A stretch of DNA of 64,000 bases from Candidatus Anstonellales archaeon (GCA_038896535.1 JAWACY010000001.1:1-64000), one strand, 5' to 3'. Shown: positions 48,816 to 59,235, counted from the first letter of the stretch. Made by a program: numbers and translations. The notes: generated by a model not told the origin, from the letters alone.

Positions 48816-49194
48816 AGATAAAATAAAAATTTGCCTTGATTTAGACATTTTGCTTGATTTTCTTCTTGGCGATGAATCTGCAGTTGAAAAGATAGAGATA
48901 TATGTAAAAACAAGAGATACTGAGTTATGCATTTCTACAATAACATTGGCCGAACTTTATATTATAACGAAAAACAGGCAGATTATTGATGAAATTAAAG
49001 AAAGATTTATTATTTTGCCATTCGATGAAAATGCTGCCAAAATTGCTGGTGATGTTTATGATTATCTTGAAGAACAAGTGCCAATATCGCAAAACAGGGT
49101 TTTTGTTGCTGCAACATGCATGGCAAATAATGCTTTTTTATTGACAAAGGATAAGAAGTATTATTCCAACATTCCAAATTTAAGGGTTTTATAA
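48808..49194 (+). CDS. VapC-like PIN domain protein
   Basis: CLD.DILLDFL, ISTITLAEL, LPFD, AAT, LLTKD. Confidence 0.85.
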   Translation: MAKDKIKICLDLDILLDFLLGDESAVEKIEIYVKTRDTELCISTITLAELYIITKNRQIIDEIKERFIILPFDENAAKIAGDVYDYLEEQVPISQNRVFVAATCMANNAFLLTKDKKYYSNIPNLRVL

Positions 49195-49871
49195 TGATTA
49201 AAGTAAAAAGAAAATTTTTGGCTTTTGCTACATTGCCATTTTTTATATTCGTAATATTATTTTTTCTGGTTTTTATAAACAGCGTTTACACAAAAAATGA
49301 ATCTTTAATAGATAAAACACAGGTTTTTCAGGCTGCAATAAAAAGAGCAGAACTTGAAGAAACAATAAGAAAAGCTGGTGAAGAAGTTGTTGAAGCATAC
49401 AAAGAAGCAAAGCAGATTAAACAAGAATTAGTTAAAGCTGATGAACTGGCTGGTTGGCCTGTTTTAAAAATCCTTATGGTAGTCAATATAGGCAAAGCAA
49501 TGGATGACTACTTAAAAATAGAATCAAAGATAAACACAACGTGTTTTTGTTCTTTTTATGATTATAACGAGCTTAAACAATCTTCAGATGAATCGAGCAA
49601 TAAATCCATGATTACAATACCAAGAAATGCTAAAGTTGGCATGAACTGCAATGAGTACATTGACATATTTATAACTTCACTTGAAAATATATCAATAGTG
49701 TTAACAAAAAATAACGTAAGATTTTTTTGTATTGCTCAAAACAAAAATAGTGCTTATATTGAAACATTAAGACAGGAGATAACATTAAGGGAGACAATGC
49801 CAAAAAGAAATGACTTATTAAATGTATTATTAAATGAACTTGAAAATAAATATGGCAAAAGCATGCAATAA
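49194..49871 (+). CDS. Hypothetical membrane-anchored protein
   Basis: Basic N-terminus followed by one TM helix. Confidence 0.6.
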   Translation: MIKVKRKFLAFATLPFFIFVILFFLVFINSVYTKNESLIDKTQVFQAAIKRAELEETIRKAGEEVVEAYKEAKQIKQELVKADELAGWPVLKILMVVNIGKAMDDYLKIESKINTTCFCSFYDYNELKQSSDESSNKSMITIPRNAKVGMNCNEYIDIFITSLENISIVLTKNNVRFFCIAQNKNSAYIETLRQEITLRETMPKRNDLLNVLLNELENKYGKSMQ

Positions 49872-50915
49872 AGCCCATAAGAGAAATACATTAATAACTC
49901 CGATTATGCTTATTACATAAGCTGCTATTAATGAAGATAGGATAGCAAAAACACCAGAAAAGAAATAAAACAGACTTAAATTAAAACTTTCTTTATTGTT
50001 TTTGGTTATATAAGCCCTTGCATTTCCTTCAAACATAGCATAGGAAAGACCCATGAATAAAAAGCCAATGTACGGTTGGCTAAAATAAAAAGAAATAAAT
50101 GAGAGGAAAGAGAAAAAAACAGAAGAAAAAAGTGCTATCTTTATGTTTTTATCGCCAAATTTACCAGAAAATGGGGAGAAAAAAATAAAAAATAAGTTAA
50201 ATATTACATAAAATATTATTGATTCAAGAAATGATTTTGCAAAAAATGCTATTGGTAGCCCAATATTCAATTGCAGAAATGGAATAAATGAAACGATATG
50301 CGCTTTATTAAGTGTTAATTTAATGTTCTTATGGTTTGCTTTTTTATAATCATTTACATTAATTAAGGGCAGGACTGAAAGAAAGCCTGTCAGTGCTGAT
50401 ATAAAAAGCAGTGTTATTCCTCCCAAAAAAGAGAAAATTGCTGCAAATAAACTTCCAAAAAATGCTCCCACAGTATCAAAAGAGCGCTGAATACTAAAAA
50501 ACAAGCTTTTATGTTTGCCTGCAATGGCCCCTATTATCGAATCCCTTATTGGGTCTCTCAATGCTTTTGCCATTCTATCAACAATTATTGATATATAAAC
50601 AATAAATATTGACTTAAAAAAAATCGTGCTCAATAAAAGCAAAAGCCTTCCAAAAGCAGATATGGTATAGCCTGCCATTATAGTCATTTTAGTTGATCTT
50701 ATTGAACGTGTGTAATAATTTATTAAAGGGGCCAAAAGATCGGACAAGCCCTTTCTTATGCCCATTATTATTGTTATGTCTCTTTCATTTCCGCCGATGA
50801 TTTTTATAATAAATGGCAATATTGATGCAAGCATATCACTTGAAAAATCATTAAGCATGCTTGCATAACTAAAGGCATATAATGTATGCTTTGCTTGCTT
50901 ATGATTTTTCTTCAT
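49830..50915 (-). CDS. MFS transporter
   Basis: ND.SSDM...ILP, DR..K..R.P.RD, R.FDT.GA; about 12 TM helices. Confidence 0.85.
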   Translation of the reverse strand: MKKNHKQAKHTLYAFSYASMLNDFSSDMLASILPFIIKIIGGNERDITIIMGIRKGLSDLLAPLINYYTRSIRSTKMTIMAGYTISAFGRLLLLLSTIFFKSIFIVYISIIVDRMAKALRDPIRDSIIGAIAGKHKSLFFSIQRSFDTVGAFFGSLFAAIFSFLGGITLLFISALTGFLSVLPLINVNDYKKANHKNIKLTLNKAHIVSFIPFLQLNIGLPIAFFAKSFLESIIFYVIFNLFFIFFSPFSGKFGDKNIKIALFSSVFFSFLSFISFYFSQPYIGFLFMGLSYAMFEGNARAYITKNNKESFNLSLFYFFSGVFAILSSLIAAYVISIIGVINVFLLWALLHAFAIFIFKFI

Positions 50916-51873
50916 CTATTTCACGGGTTGCAAAATAAGCAGCGATGGCTCCATCACTTGCAGCATTTATAGCCTGTTTTAATGCACTTCTTCTACAATC
51001 ACCAGCAGCAAAAACATCTTTAACGCTTGTCTTCATCTTTTCGTCTGTTATTATATAACCCTGCTCATCTTTCTTTAAATTGAACTTTTCAGTGTTTGGT
51101 ATCATGCCAATAAATATGAATACTGCATCTATTGGTATTTCAAATGTCTTATTCTCCTTATTATTATAAAGTAAAACTGACTTAACTGTTTCATTCCCTT
51201 TAATCTCTCTTAACTCAGTATTAAACATAATTTTTATTTTTTTGTGGGCCATTGCCCTATCTTGTAATATTTTATCTGCTTTAAATTTATCTCTCCTGTG
51301 AACAATTGTAACTGAATTGGCAAAATTGTCTGCTATAAAAAGTGCCTCGTCTAATGCAGAATTGCCGCCCCCAACTACTATGACATTTTTATTTTTAAAG
51401 AATGGCGCATCACAAACAGCACAATAACTAACACCTCTGCCTCTAAACTCCTTTTCTCCTTTTATTCCAAGTTCATTCCATATTGCGCCCGTTGTTATTA
51501 TAAGTTTTTTATAATAAAATGTCCTTCTCATAATGCCAGACGTTTTTACATATTTTTGTTCGAAGTTTATTTCTTCTACATTCACCCCATAAACAATGTG
51601 CGCTCCGAATTTCTGAGCATGTTTTGCCCATGCTTGGCTTAGCTCAGGCCCTGATATATGCTCTATGCCCGGATAATCTTCAACTATGCCTGTTGTTGCT
51701 ATCTGTCCACCAGGAGCAGAATTTCTTTCCAAAACCAGTGTTTGCTTTTTTCCTCTTGCTGCATACAATGCTGCTGACAAACCAGCTGGTCCGCCACCAA
51801 TAATGATGATGTCCCAGTTATCTTTTAACTCACTAAAAGATTGTATAGAGAAGCCTAAATTGAAATCTGTCAT
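50899..51873 (-). CDS. trxB: Thioredoxin reductase
   Basis: GGGPAG, GRGVSYCAVCD, GGGNSA, HRR, AAGD. Confidence 0.95.
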   Translation of the reverse strand: MTDFNLGFSIQSFSELKDNWDIIIIGGGPAGLSAALYAARGKKQTLVLERNSAPGGQIATTGIVEDYPGIEHISGPELSQAWAKHAQKFGAHIVYGVNVEEINFEQKYVKTSGIMRRTFYYKKLIITTGAIWNELGIKGEKEFRGRGVSYCAVCDAPFFKNKNVIVVGGGNSALDEALFIADNFANSVTIVHRRDKFKADKILQDRAMAHKKIKIMFNTELREIKGNETVKSVLLYNNKENKTFEIPIDAVFIFIGMIPNTEKFNLKKDEQGYIITDEKMKTSVKDVFAAGDCRRSALKQAINAASDGAIAAYFATREIDEEKS

Positions 51874-51921
51874 AATCTATCACAACAATAATCTTTTAAA
51901 TTGCTTATGCCGATATAATTT

Positions 51922-52257
51922 TTATTTTCCAACTCCTATTATTACATAACCATAAGGTTGATCTGATCTTATAAAGGCCCCGTATTTTATATCACAATTC
52001 TTTATCCTATAATAATTATTCTCAAAATATATGCATAAGCCTATTTCTGCACTGGCATTATTTATAATTGACAGCACTTGATCATAGCTCTGTTCATAAT
52101 AAAGAGTGCCTTTTGTTTCTTTATATAAGTGTATAAATAAATCATTTGCAAGCATGTACTGCTGCTCATAATATGATGTTTCAATAACTGGCATTTGTAT
52201 TGAAGCAATAATAGAAAATGTCGCAAGAGTGATTAATGAAACTTCAAGTAATCTCAT
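51922..52257 (-). CDS. Small pilin-like / exported protein
   Basis: N-terminal hydrophobic helix; clustered with class III signal peptide genes. Confidence 0.55.
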   Translation of the reverse strand: MRLLEVSLITLATFSIIASIQMPVIETSYYEQQYMLANDLFIHLYKETKGTLYYEQSYDQVLSIINNASAEIGLCIYFENNYYRIKNCDIKYGAFIRSDQPYGYVIIGVGK

Positions 52258-52540
52258 AGCAGAACACCTTACTTCCTTGGTAGAATCTTATTACGCACGT
52301 TTGTTTTCCATAAACCTCATCACTTCTTTTATCTCTGGCGATACTCTCATATGATAAGATAAGGGCATTATTCGTTAGTGTTGTTATCCTAACATCATAT
52401 TCATATACTTTATATATTTGAAAGAATATTATCAGATGCCAAAGCAAGAGCATGAGAAATGTAAAACTTAGCATTGCATCAATCAAGAATACTGCTTTTC
52501 TTGCATTCATTTTCTTGCTCTTGCTTAATACCATTTTCAC
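52244..52540 (-). CDS. Pilin-like protein with class III-like signal peptide
   Basis: RKA-VFLIDAMLSF followed by a hydrophobic helix. Confidence 0.6.
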   Translation of the reverse strand: MKMVLSKSKKMNARKAVFLIDAMLSFTFLMLLLWHLIIFFQIYKVYEYDVRITTLTNNALILSYESIARDKRSDEVYGKQTCVIRFYQGSKVFCYEIT

Positions 52541-52922
52541 ACGCTCCTGCTATACATAAGACGCCTTTACTTGTATGAATAGAAAAAAAATCAAAACAGC
52601 TTGCTGCTTTTGCAATTACTATATCATAATGTTGGTCTATTGTCTTAATTTTTGGTAAAGATGATATAAAGATTGCTGAAGCAAAAATTAAAACTGCAAA
52701 GGATAACAGAAACTCAATACTGAGCTGGGCCCTTCTTTTGCCTATGTGTTTTTTATTCTTTAAGCAATGGTCTTTTAAGAAGGCATCTAATTCATTATAC
52801 ATTAATGCCTTATTGCTCACCCTCCCCTTTTCAGAGAACGCTTTTAATGGCATGTGTACTTTTATGCTTGCTGTCTTACTTATATTTTTTAGGCAATTAT
52901 AAACTTCTTGCAATCTTGACAT
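52479..52922 (-). CDS. Pilin-like protein with class III signal peptide
   Basis: KRRA-QLSIEFLL motif after an unusually long N-terminal leader. Confidence 0.65.
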   Translation of the reverse strand: MSRLQEVYNCLKNISKTASIKVHMPLKAFSEKGRVSNKALMYNELDAFLKDHCLKNKKHIGKRRAQLSIEFLLSFAVLIFASAIFISSLPKIKTIDQHYDIVIAKAASCFDFFSIHTSKGVLCIAGACENGIKQEQENECKKSSILD

Positions 52923-53652
52923 CCAGCTTCCTCAACTTTTCAACTACATAGATTTCTACAACTGGATAGAAGATGAAAAGTGTAAATATATTTATCAATG
53001 GTATAATAAATGTTCCCAAAGCTATTAAATAAAGTATATAGGGCCCTATAAGATAAAATACATTAGTTAGTGCAACAATAATGCTTGCTTTTAAAGCCCT
53101 TAATGCGCCAATATTTTCATATAAAACAATGGCTATAGCAGAGAAATGCAACAAATAATTAATAATAAATAATATTAATGCAATCACAAATGCACCAATA
53201 ATTTGTATTAATGTTTGTTGATTAATAAGTAATATATAAGCACTTACAATTATTGCCACATTAATAAGGACTTTAACAAAATAGATTATGAAAAACTTCA
53301 TGTTATTGCTGCTTGCATAGTTAAAGAACTGCCAGGTATCAAATCTTTCTGATGTTTTATAAGCATATGCAAAGCCCCTTATCATTGCCCCTTTAAAACC
53401 AGAAACAATATACAAACCAATAATTGAAAAAAATGCTAATACGTAATATATGTTTATATTTGCGAGTTCAAAAAATCTTGCTATATTCATATATATGAAA
53501 AGAAGAAATAATAATCCTATAAGAGAAAATGCTAAGAACGCTAGCAATGGATACCAAAAATTCAGGGGTTTTTTTGTATAAACACTATAAACGTCAGATA
53601 ATGATGCCATAAATCTTATTGAAAGAAAAAATTTAAAAATAGATGTAAACAT
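52897..53652 (-). CDS. Hypothetical multi-TM membrane protein
   Basis: About six hydrophobic helices; start probably MASLSD. Confidence 0.7.
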   Translation of the reverse strand: MFTSIFKFFLSIRFMASLSDVYSVYTKKPLNFWYPLLAFLAFSLIGLLFLLFIYMNIARFFELANINIYYVLAFFSIIGLYIVSGFKGAMIRGFAYAYKTSERFDTWQFFNYASSNNMKFFIIYFVKVLINVAIIVSAYILLINQQTLIQIIGAFVIALILFIINYLLHFSAIAIVLYENIGALRALKASIIVALTNVFYLIGPYILYLIALGTFIIPLINIFTLFIFYPVVEIYVVEKLRKLDVKIARSL

Positions 53653-53733
53653 GTAAGCATGTAAATATATTAAATGTTTTGATCTAACAATGATTAGGAT
53701 TTTTAATAACTACTATGTAAAGATAATGATATT

Positions 53734-53807
53734 GGGTCCGTAGCTCAGCCTGGCAGAGCGTCCGGCTTTTAACCGGTAGGCCAGGGGTTCAAATCCCCTC
53801 GGACCCG
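53734..53807 (+). tRNA. tRNA-Lys(TTT)
   Basis: Acceptor GGGTCCG/CGGACCC; anticodon loop CTTTTAA. Confidence 0.95.
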
Positions 53808-53844
53808 ATGATAACATTCATGAAAAAGCCATTTAAGGAGAGTT

Positions 53845-55059
53845 TTGTATATGGAGTTCGATGTTTTAATAGCTGGCGCAGGCCCTGCAGGCAGTTCAAG
53901 TGCATTGTTTCTAGCCAAAAAAGGTTATAATGTTGCTGTTTTTGATAAGGCAAAATTCCCGCGGGAGAAAGTTTGTGGCGATGGTTTAAGTGGAAAAACA
54001 TTAAAATTGTTAAAGGAGCTTAATATAAGTGAATTAGATAAAAATATTGCAATGTTTGCAGACGGAGTTATATTTAGTTCCCCTAATAGAGAAATACTTG
54101 AAGTAGAAATACCAAAAGAAAAACTGAATGAAGTACATGGTTATGTATCAAGAAGGGAAGATTTTGATAATGTTTTATTTAATGAAGTGAAGAAACAATG
54201 CACAGCATTTGAAAATGCCAAAGTGCTTGACATAATAAAAGATAAAAATGACCATGTTAAAGGACTAAAGGTTGATATAAACGGACAAATAAAGGAAGTA
54301 AATGCAAATGTTGTTATTGGGGCTGATGGAGCAAACAGCATAGTTGCTACAAAAACAAACGCTGAAAAAATAGTTGATGAACATGTATTTGTTGCTGTGA
54401 GAGCTTATTATGAGAATGTTGATGGCATGAAAAATAAAATTGAACTGCATTTTACAGAAGATGTATTGCCTGGTTATTTCTGGATTTTTCCATTGCCAAA
54501 TAAAAAGGCTAATGTTGGCATCGGCATGCTTTTAAGTGATTTGAAAAAAACAAGAAAAGATCTGAAGGCTTTAATGCAAAATGAGATAAATAGTACATTT
54601 AAACATAGGTTTAGCAATGCAAAACAGATAAGTGAAATAAAAGGTTGGAGCTTACCATTAGGAAGTAAAAGAAGGAAAGGTTATGGGAATGGGTACTTGC
54701 TTGTTGGAGATGCATGTTGTTTGATAGACCCATTCACAGGCGAGGGCATTGGAAATGCATTACTTTCAGGAAAGCTTGCAAGCATAGCAATAGATGAAGC
54801 ATTTAAAAAACAGGATTTTTCAGCCAATACATTAAAACTTTATGATGAGCTTTTAAGAAAGCATTTGGATGATGAGCTAATGACAATGTACAGATTACAA
54901 AAATTAAGCAGGTATAAATGGCTATTTAACACCTTAATAAAAAAAGCTAACAGGAATAAAGAGCTCAAAGAGTTAATAACTTCAACATTAATTGATACAA
55001 AAAATGAAAGGGCCAAACTTCTTAATCCATTCTTTTGGCTAAAAGTCCTTATATCATAA
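53845..55059 (+). CDS. Geranylgeranyl reductase family flavoprotein
   Basis: GAGPAG, FPREKVCGDG, GADGANS, PGYFWIFP, VGDA...DPFTGEGI. Confidence 0.9.
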   Translation: MYMEFDVLIAGAGPAGSSSALFLAKKGYNVAVFDKAKFPREKVCGDGLSGKTLKLLKELNISELDKNIAMFADGVIFSSPNREILEVEIPKEKLNEVHGYVSRREDFDNVLFNEVKKQCTAFENAKVLDIIKDKNDHVKGLKVDINGQIKEVNANVVIGADGANSIVATKTNAEKIVDEHVFVAVRAYYENVDGMKNKIELHFTEDVLPGYFWIFPLPNKKANVGIGMLLSDLKKTRKDLKALMQNEINSTFKHRFSNAKQISEIKGWSLPLGSKRRKGYGNGYLLVGDACCLIDPFTGEGIGNALLSGKLASIAIDEAFKKQDFSANTLKLYDELLRKHLDDELMTMYRLQKLSRYKWLFNTLIKKANRNKELKELITSTLIDTKNERAKLLNPFFWLKVLIS

Positions 55060-55095
55060 GGTTATATACATCATAAAATAATATTTATAATATCA

Positions 55096-55713
55096 TCAAC
55101 ATCCAAATTTATTGTTTATTGGGCATGCTGAACTATGTGTGTTATTATTTCCTTTATATGTGCCGGGCTCTTTGCCTTTTGCTATATAGTCTTCAACATT
55201 CGTAATATTCCACTCATGCTCATGATTCCATAAATTCCAGAAATAACGCCATTCATTCCAACCAATGCCAAGATGTTTTACATATATGCCATGTTCTGTC
55301 AGCATTAAGCCAATTTTCCTACCAGTCATGCAAGGCATGCTATAGCAATAAACAATAATGTCTTTTCCTGGATTTTTTGCAATAAGCTCTTTAAATTGAT
55401 TTACAATTCTTTCTCTTGCCCCATAATCAGGTGTATCTTTATCTTTGTATGCTGGTATATTCACTGCTCCAACAATATGCTCTTTATTGTATTCTTCCTC
55501 ACTTCTTAAATCAACAAGCACAAAATTTTTATCTCCCTTTTGTATAGCTTTCCTTAAAGAGTGTGGACTCACATAAACTGCATTTTCAACTTCATAAAAT
55601 TCTTTTATAAGCTGTTCGTTCGATTTTTTATCTAAACTATTAAAAACAAGGCTTCCAATAAAACCTGCAATAAACGCAATTAATGCCACAACAACAAGGT
55701 ATTTTAGATCCAT
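55096..55713 (-). CDS. Membrane-anchored rhodanese-domain protein
   Basis: N-terminal TM; LVDLR..EEY..EHI.GAVNIP, IVYC, L..GW.EW. Confidence 0.85.
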   Translation of the reverse strand: MDLKYLVVVALIAFIAGFIGSLVFNSLDKKSNEQLIKEFYEVENAVYVSPHSLRKAIQKGDKNFVLVDLRSEEEYNKEHIVGAVNIPAYKDKDTPDYGARERIVNQFKELIAKNPGKDIIVYCYSMPCMTGRKIGLMLTEHGIYVKHLGIGWNEWRYFWNLWNHEHEWNITNVEDYIAKGKEPGTYKGNNNTHSSACPINNKFGC

Positions 55714-55736
55714 ATAGTTTCACCTTTAAGCAAAAA

Positions 55737-55830
55737 TCCCGCCGGGCGGATTTGAACCACCAACCTACCGGTAACTGCTTATAGCAGTATCAAACTACAG
55801 CCGGTCGCTCTACCGTTGAGCTACGGCGGG
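55737..55830 (-). tRNA. tRNA-Tyr(GTA) with a 22-nt intron at 37/38 (55773-55794)
   Basis: ACCGG-CTGTAG-[TTTGATACTGCTATAAGCAGTT]-A-CCGGT; CUGU/GCAG central helix with AGU and UUA bulges forms a BHB. Confidence 0.95.
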
Positions 55831-55940
55831 TATTTAATATAATGTATTTAATATAACGTATGATAATAATTAAAAACATATATGAAAATGAAAATTAAAA
55901 ATCATAAAATGAACTATTTAAAATGTATTTAATAATAATT

Positions 55941-57110
55941 ATGGCTCCTATTATTGGTCTTGTAGGAAAACCAAGCTCTGGAAAATCAACGTTTTTTTCA
56001 GCTTGTACAATGCAGACAGTTGATATAAGCCCAAGGCCATTTACAACGATAAAGCCAAATGTTGGCATTGCTTATGTAAGAGTTGAAGATATTGGCAATG
56101 AGTTTGGTGTCATCTCACAACCCAGAGAAGGTTTTATAAAAGGCAAATACAGATTTTTGCCATTTCAGCTTATAGATGTTGCTGGCTTAATCCCAGGCGC
56201 ACATGAAGGCAAAGGCCTTGGTAATCAATTTTTAAATGACCTAAATCAAGCAGAAGCTTTGATACATGTCGTTGACTTATCTGGCAGTACAGATGAGCAA
56301 GGAAGGTTTATAGGTTATGGTAAACATGATCCTGAAAAAGACATTCAATTCCTTGAAACAGAACTTGATTATTGGTATAAAGACGTTATAGAGAGAAACT
56401 TAGAGAAGATAAAGCGCCTTATTAGGAGCGGAAAAGACGAACAGGAAGCAATATCTTCAATATTGTCTTCATTCAGAGTAAGTAAAGATATAGCAAATGA
56501 TACAATAAAAAAATTCGGCCATATAGATGAATGGCAATTACTTGAAGTAGCGTCATTTTTAAGAAAAGAAACAAAAAGGATTGTTATTGCAGGAAATAAA
56601 ATTGATCTCCCATATGCCAAAGAAAATTTCGAGCGCTTGAAAAATAAATATGACATTATTCCAGTAAGTGCTGAAATAGAACTTGCATTAAAAAAAGCAG
56701 CAAAAAAAGGACTCATAGAATATATAGAAGGAGAAAATGATTTTGAGATAAGGGCAGATTTAAACGAAGAACAAATACATGCATTAAAAAAAATAAAGGA
56801 AATAATAAAAACATTTGATTCTTCTGGTGTGCAAAAAACACTGGAACATGCAGTATATGATATACTTTCATATATTGCTGTTTTTCCAGCTGGTTCAAAA
56901 TTAATTGATAAACATGGAAGAGTATTGCCAGATTGTTTTTTAATGCCAAAAGGCTCAACTTTGATTGATTTTGCAGAAAAGATACATGGGGATATAGCAA
57001 AAGGTTTGCTTTATGGCATAGATGTAAGAAAAAAAATAAAACTGGCAAAGGATTATGTATTAAAACATAGAGACGCAATAGAACTCGTAAGCACTACAAA
57101 ATTAAGATAA
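55941..57110 (+). CDS. Obg-family GTPase/ATPase (archaeal YchF-related) with TGS domain
   Basis: GKPSSGKST, PFTTI, DVAGL, GLGNQFL, NKID, FAEKIH. Confidence 0.9.
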   Translation: MAPIIGLVGKPSSGKSTFFSACTMQTVDISPRPFTTIKPNVGIAYVRVEDIGNEFGVISQPREGFIKGKYRFLPFQLIDVAGLIPGAHEGKGLGNQFLNDLNQAEALIHVVDLSGSTDEQGRFIGYGKHDPEKDIQFLETELDYWYKDVIERNLEKIKRLIRSGKDEQEAISSILSSFRVSKDIANDTIKKFGHIDEWQLLEVASFLRKETKRIVIAGNKIDLPYAKENFERLKNKYDIIPVSAEIELALKKAAKKGLIEYIEGENDFEIRADLNEEQIHALKKIKEIIKTFDSSGVQKTLEHAVYDILSYIAVFPAGSKLIDKHGRVLPDCFLMPKGSTLIDFAEKIHGDIAKGLLYGIDVRKKIKLAKDYVLKHRDAIELVSTTKLR

Positions 57111-57129
57111 AAAACAAGATATTTATTAC

Positions 57130-57588
57130 TTATTTAACTTCTGATGACTCAACTATTATTAATTTGCTTCCCTGAAGTGATAATGCTCTTGCTTTTTCTT
57201 GGATGTTATAGTTATAGCACTTTCTTATCTCTTCTATAAGTTTTCCTACTTTAAATTTAACGCTGACTGGTTTATCATTTCTAAAAAAGTACACTTGAAT
57301 GTTTTCTTTACTTTCTCTTTTGCCCAATTCATGTAAAATGCTCTCTAATTTTTGGGCATCATTCTCGCATATTCTTTGTATTGCTGCTTCTTTTCTTCTA
57401 TCTTCTCTGATAGCAGTCAATTCCCTGAGCATGAATAGATAACCCCCAGCTAAATAGATGATCAATGCCACTCCAAAAAGAGCTTTCTTATCAAAAAACC
57501 CTTCTAATTCTTTATGCATTGGTTGCTTACTTCTTTGCTCTTTTTCTCTAGAGTGTATCCTTCTAAAAATCCCAAATCCCATAAACAT
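57130..57588 (-). CDS. Tandem paralog 1, single-TM protein with EAAIQRICENDA motif
   Basis: Core motif shared with the next three ORFs. Confidence 0.8.
   Translation of the reverse strand: MFMGFGIFRRIHSREKEQRSKQPMHKELEGFFDKKALFGVALIIYLAGGYLFMLRELTAIREDRRKEAAIQRICENDAQKLESILHELGKRESKENIQVYFFRNDKPVSVKFKVGKLIEEIRKCYNYNIQEKARALSLQGSKLIIVESSEVK
57295..57397. repeat. 103-bp exact repeat shared by paralogs 1 and 4 (other copy 58933-59035)
   Basis: Direct comparison of the two segments. Confidence 0.9.
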
Positions 57589-57682
57589 AACATATGGTGA
57601 TAATATTTATAAATCTGCGTTTTTCTACTTTTCACCACATGATCTTATCAGTATGTTGTTATAATTAAAAAAGAATAAAAAA
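57562..57682. repeat. 121-bp promoter/5'-end repeat shared by paralogs 1 and 3 (other copy 58662-58782; partial copies about 58138-58182 and 59214-59234)
   Basis: One mismatch (57641 vs 58741); contains a TTTATAAA TATA-like box. Confidence 0.9.
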
Positions 57683-57705
57683 CATAAGGCTATTTATATT
57701 TAACC

Positions 57706-58119
57706 CTAATGACCAGTTTCTTCATCAAATAAAGCATTGCCCCTTTGTTTAACTTCATAACATTTTGCTATTGCTTCTATGAGTTTTTTTGTAGATTGAA
57801 CCACAACTGGGTTACTACTGTTATTACCATATACTTGAATTGTTTCGCCTTTTTCTGTCACCAATTTATCTAAAATGTTTTTGAGCTCTGCTGCATCATT
57901 CTCGCATATTCTTTGTATTGCTGCTTGTTCCCTTTTATCTGTAGCTGCTTTTATCATTGCGTATCTTATTGATAACACACTTAGTAAAAGTAAAGTTGCA
58001 AAGAAGGAGTCTATTATAACATTTTTATAACTTTCTTTGCTATCCAATTCTTTAGAATGTTGCTTACTCCTTTCTTCTTTTTTTCGTTTTTTAAAAATTT
58101 CAGAAAATTTACTTTCCAT
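57706..58119 (-). CDS. Tandem paralog 2
   Basis: QAAIQRICENDA; start set at the ATG at 58119 downstream of the shared TATA box. Confidence 0.8.
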   Translation of the reverse strand: MESKFSEIFKKRKKEERSKQHSKELDSKESYKNVIIDSFFATLLLLSVLSIRYAMIKAATDKREQAAIQRICENDAAELKNILDKLVTEKGETIQVYGNNSSNPVVVQSTKKLIEAIAKCYEVKQRGNALFDEETGH

Positions 58120-58220
58120 AATATAATATTGGGGGATATATTTATAAATCTGCGTTTTTCTACTTTTCACCACATTATCTTACAGCACACATATAAAAAT
58201 GGGGAGAATAAAAAATAGGG

Positions 58221-58688
58221 CTATTTAACCTCTAATGTGCCTGTGTTTTCATCAAATAATAGCTCTTCATTTTGCTTAGCTTTATAACATTCATCTATCC
58301 TTTCTCTAAGTTCTTTTATCTCAAATTCAGCTTCTACTGCTTTGCCATTGTTTGAGTGGTATCTTACCCAGATAGTTTTCTTACTACCCCTCTCTTCTTT
58401 ATATCTTTCTCTTAATCCTTTTAAAATGTTTTTGAGCTTTGCTGCATCATTATTGCATATTCTTTGTATTGCTGCTTCTTTTCTTCTATTTTCTTCTTCT
58501 TTTAGTCCTTTTAAGATTGAATACCCCATAAGGGCTGGAATAATAACTGCGGCCCCTATTAAGGTTGCTAGACGTTCTTGTTTTTTTATTCTATTTAATT
58601 CTTTAAACTGTGGTATTTTACTTTTTTCCTTTCCCTCCGCTTCCTCAGTCTTTTTCCTTTCTCTAAAAATCCCAAATCCCATAAACAT
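58221..58688 (-). CDS. Tandem paralog 3
   Basis: MFMGFGIFR start; EAAIQRICNNDA. Confidence 0.8.
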   Translation of the reverse strand: MFMGFGIFRERKKTEEAEGKEKSKIPQFKELNRIKKQERLATLIGAAVIIPALMGYSILKGLKEEENRRKEAAIQRICNNDAAKLKNILKGLRERYKEERGSKKTIWVRYHSNNGKAVEAEFEIKELRERIDECYKAKQNEELLFDENTGTLEVK

Positions 58689-58794
58689 AACATATGGTGA
58701 TAATATTTATAAATCTGCGTTTTTCTACTTTTCACCACATTATCTTATCAGTATGTTGTTATAATTAAAAAAGAATAAAAAAGTATCTTGTATT

Positions 58795-59235
58795 TTATTT
58801 AACTTCTAATGTGTTGCCATCAAGTGATAACCCTCTTTGTTGAAGTTCATGACAGTTAGCTAGTGCTTTTATAAGCTCTCCAACATTAAATTTAATCTTA
58901 ACTGCTTTGCCATTATTTGTATAGTATATTAATTGAATGTTTTCTTTACTTTCTCTTTTGCCCAATTCATGTAAAATGCTCTCTAATTTTTGGGCATCAT
59001 TCTCGCATATTCTTTGTATTGCTGCTTCTTTTCTTTTATCCTCATCAGCTTTTATGACTACATATACTATAAAACCAGTATAAAAAAATGAAGCCAATGT
59101 CATTGCAAGAAAAGTCTTATCCAGAGACCTTTCCTTTTTTAGTCTATTTAATTCTTCAAAAGGCGACTTTTCTTTTCTTTCTTCTTTTCTTTCTTGTCCA
59201 AGTTCTTTCCCTCTTCTAAAAATCCCAAATCCCAC
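58795..59235 (-). CDS. Tandem paralog 4
   Basis: GTG start (M)GFGIFRR; EAAIQRICENDA. Confidence 0.8.
   Translation of the reverse strand: MGFGIFRRGKELGQERKEERKEKSPFEELNRLKKERSLDKTFLAMTLASFFYTGFIVYVVIKADEDKRKEAAIQRICENDAQKLESILHELGKRESKENIQLIYYTNNGKAVKIKFNVGELIKALANCHELQQRGLSLDGNTLEVK

Noticed and set aside
57130..59235. Diversity-generating retroelement template/variable repeats
   Set aside because: Shared blocks are exact or nearly so, with no adenine-specific differences, and there is no reverse transcriptase in the window.
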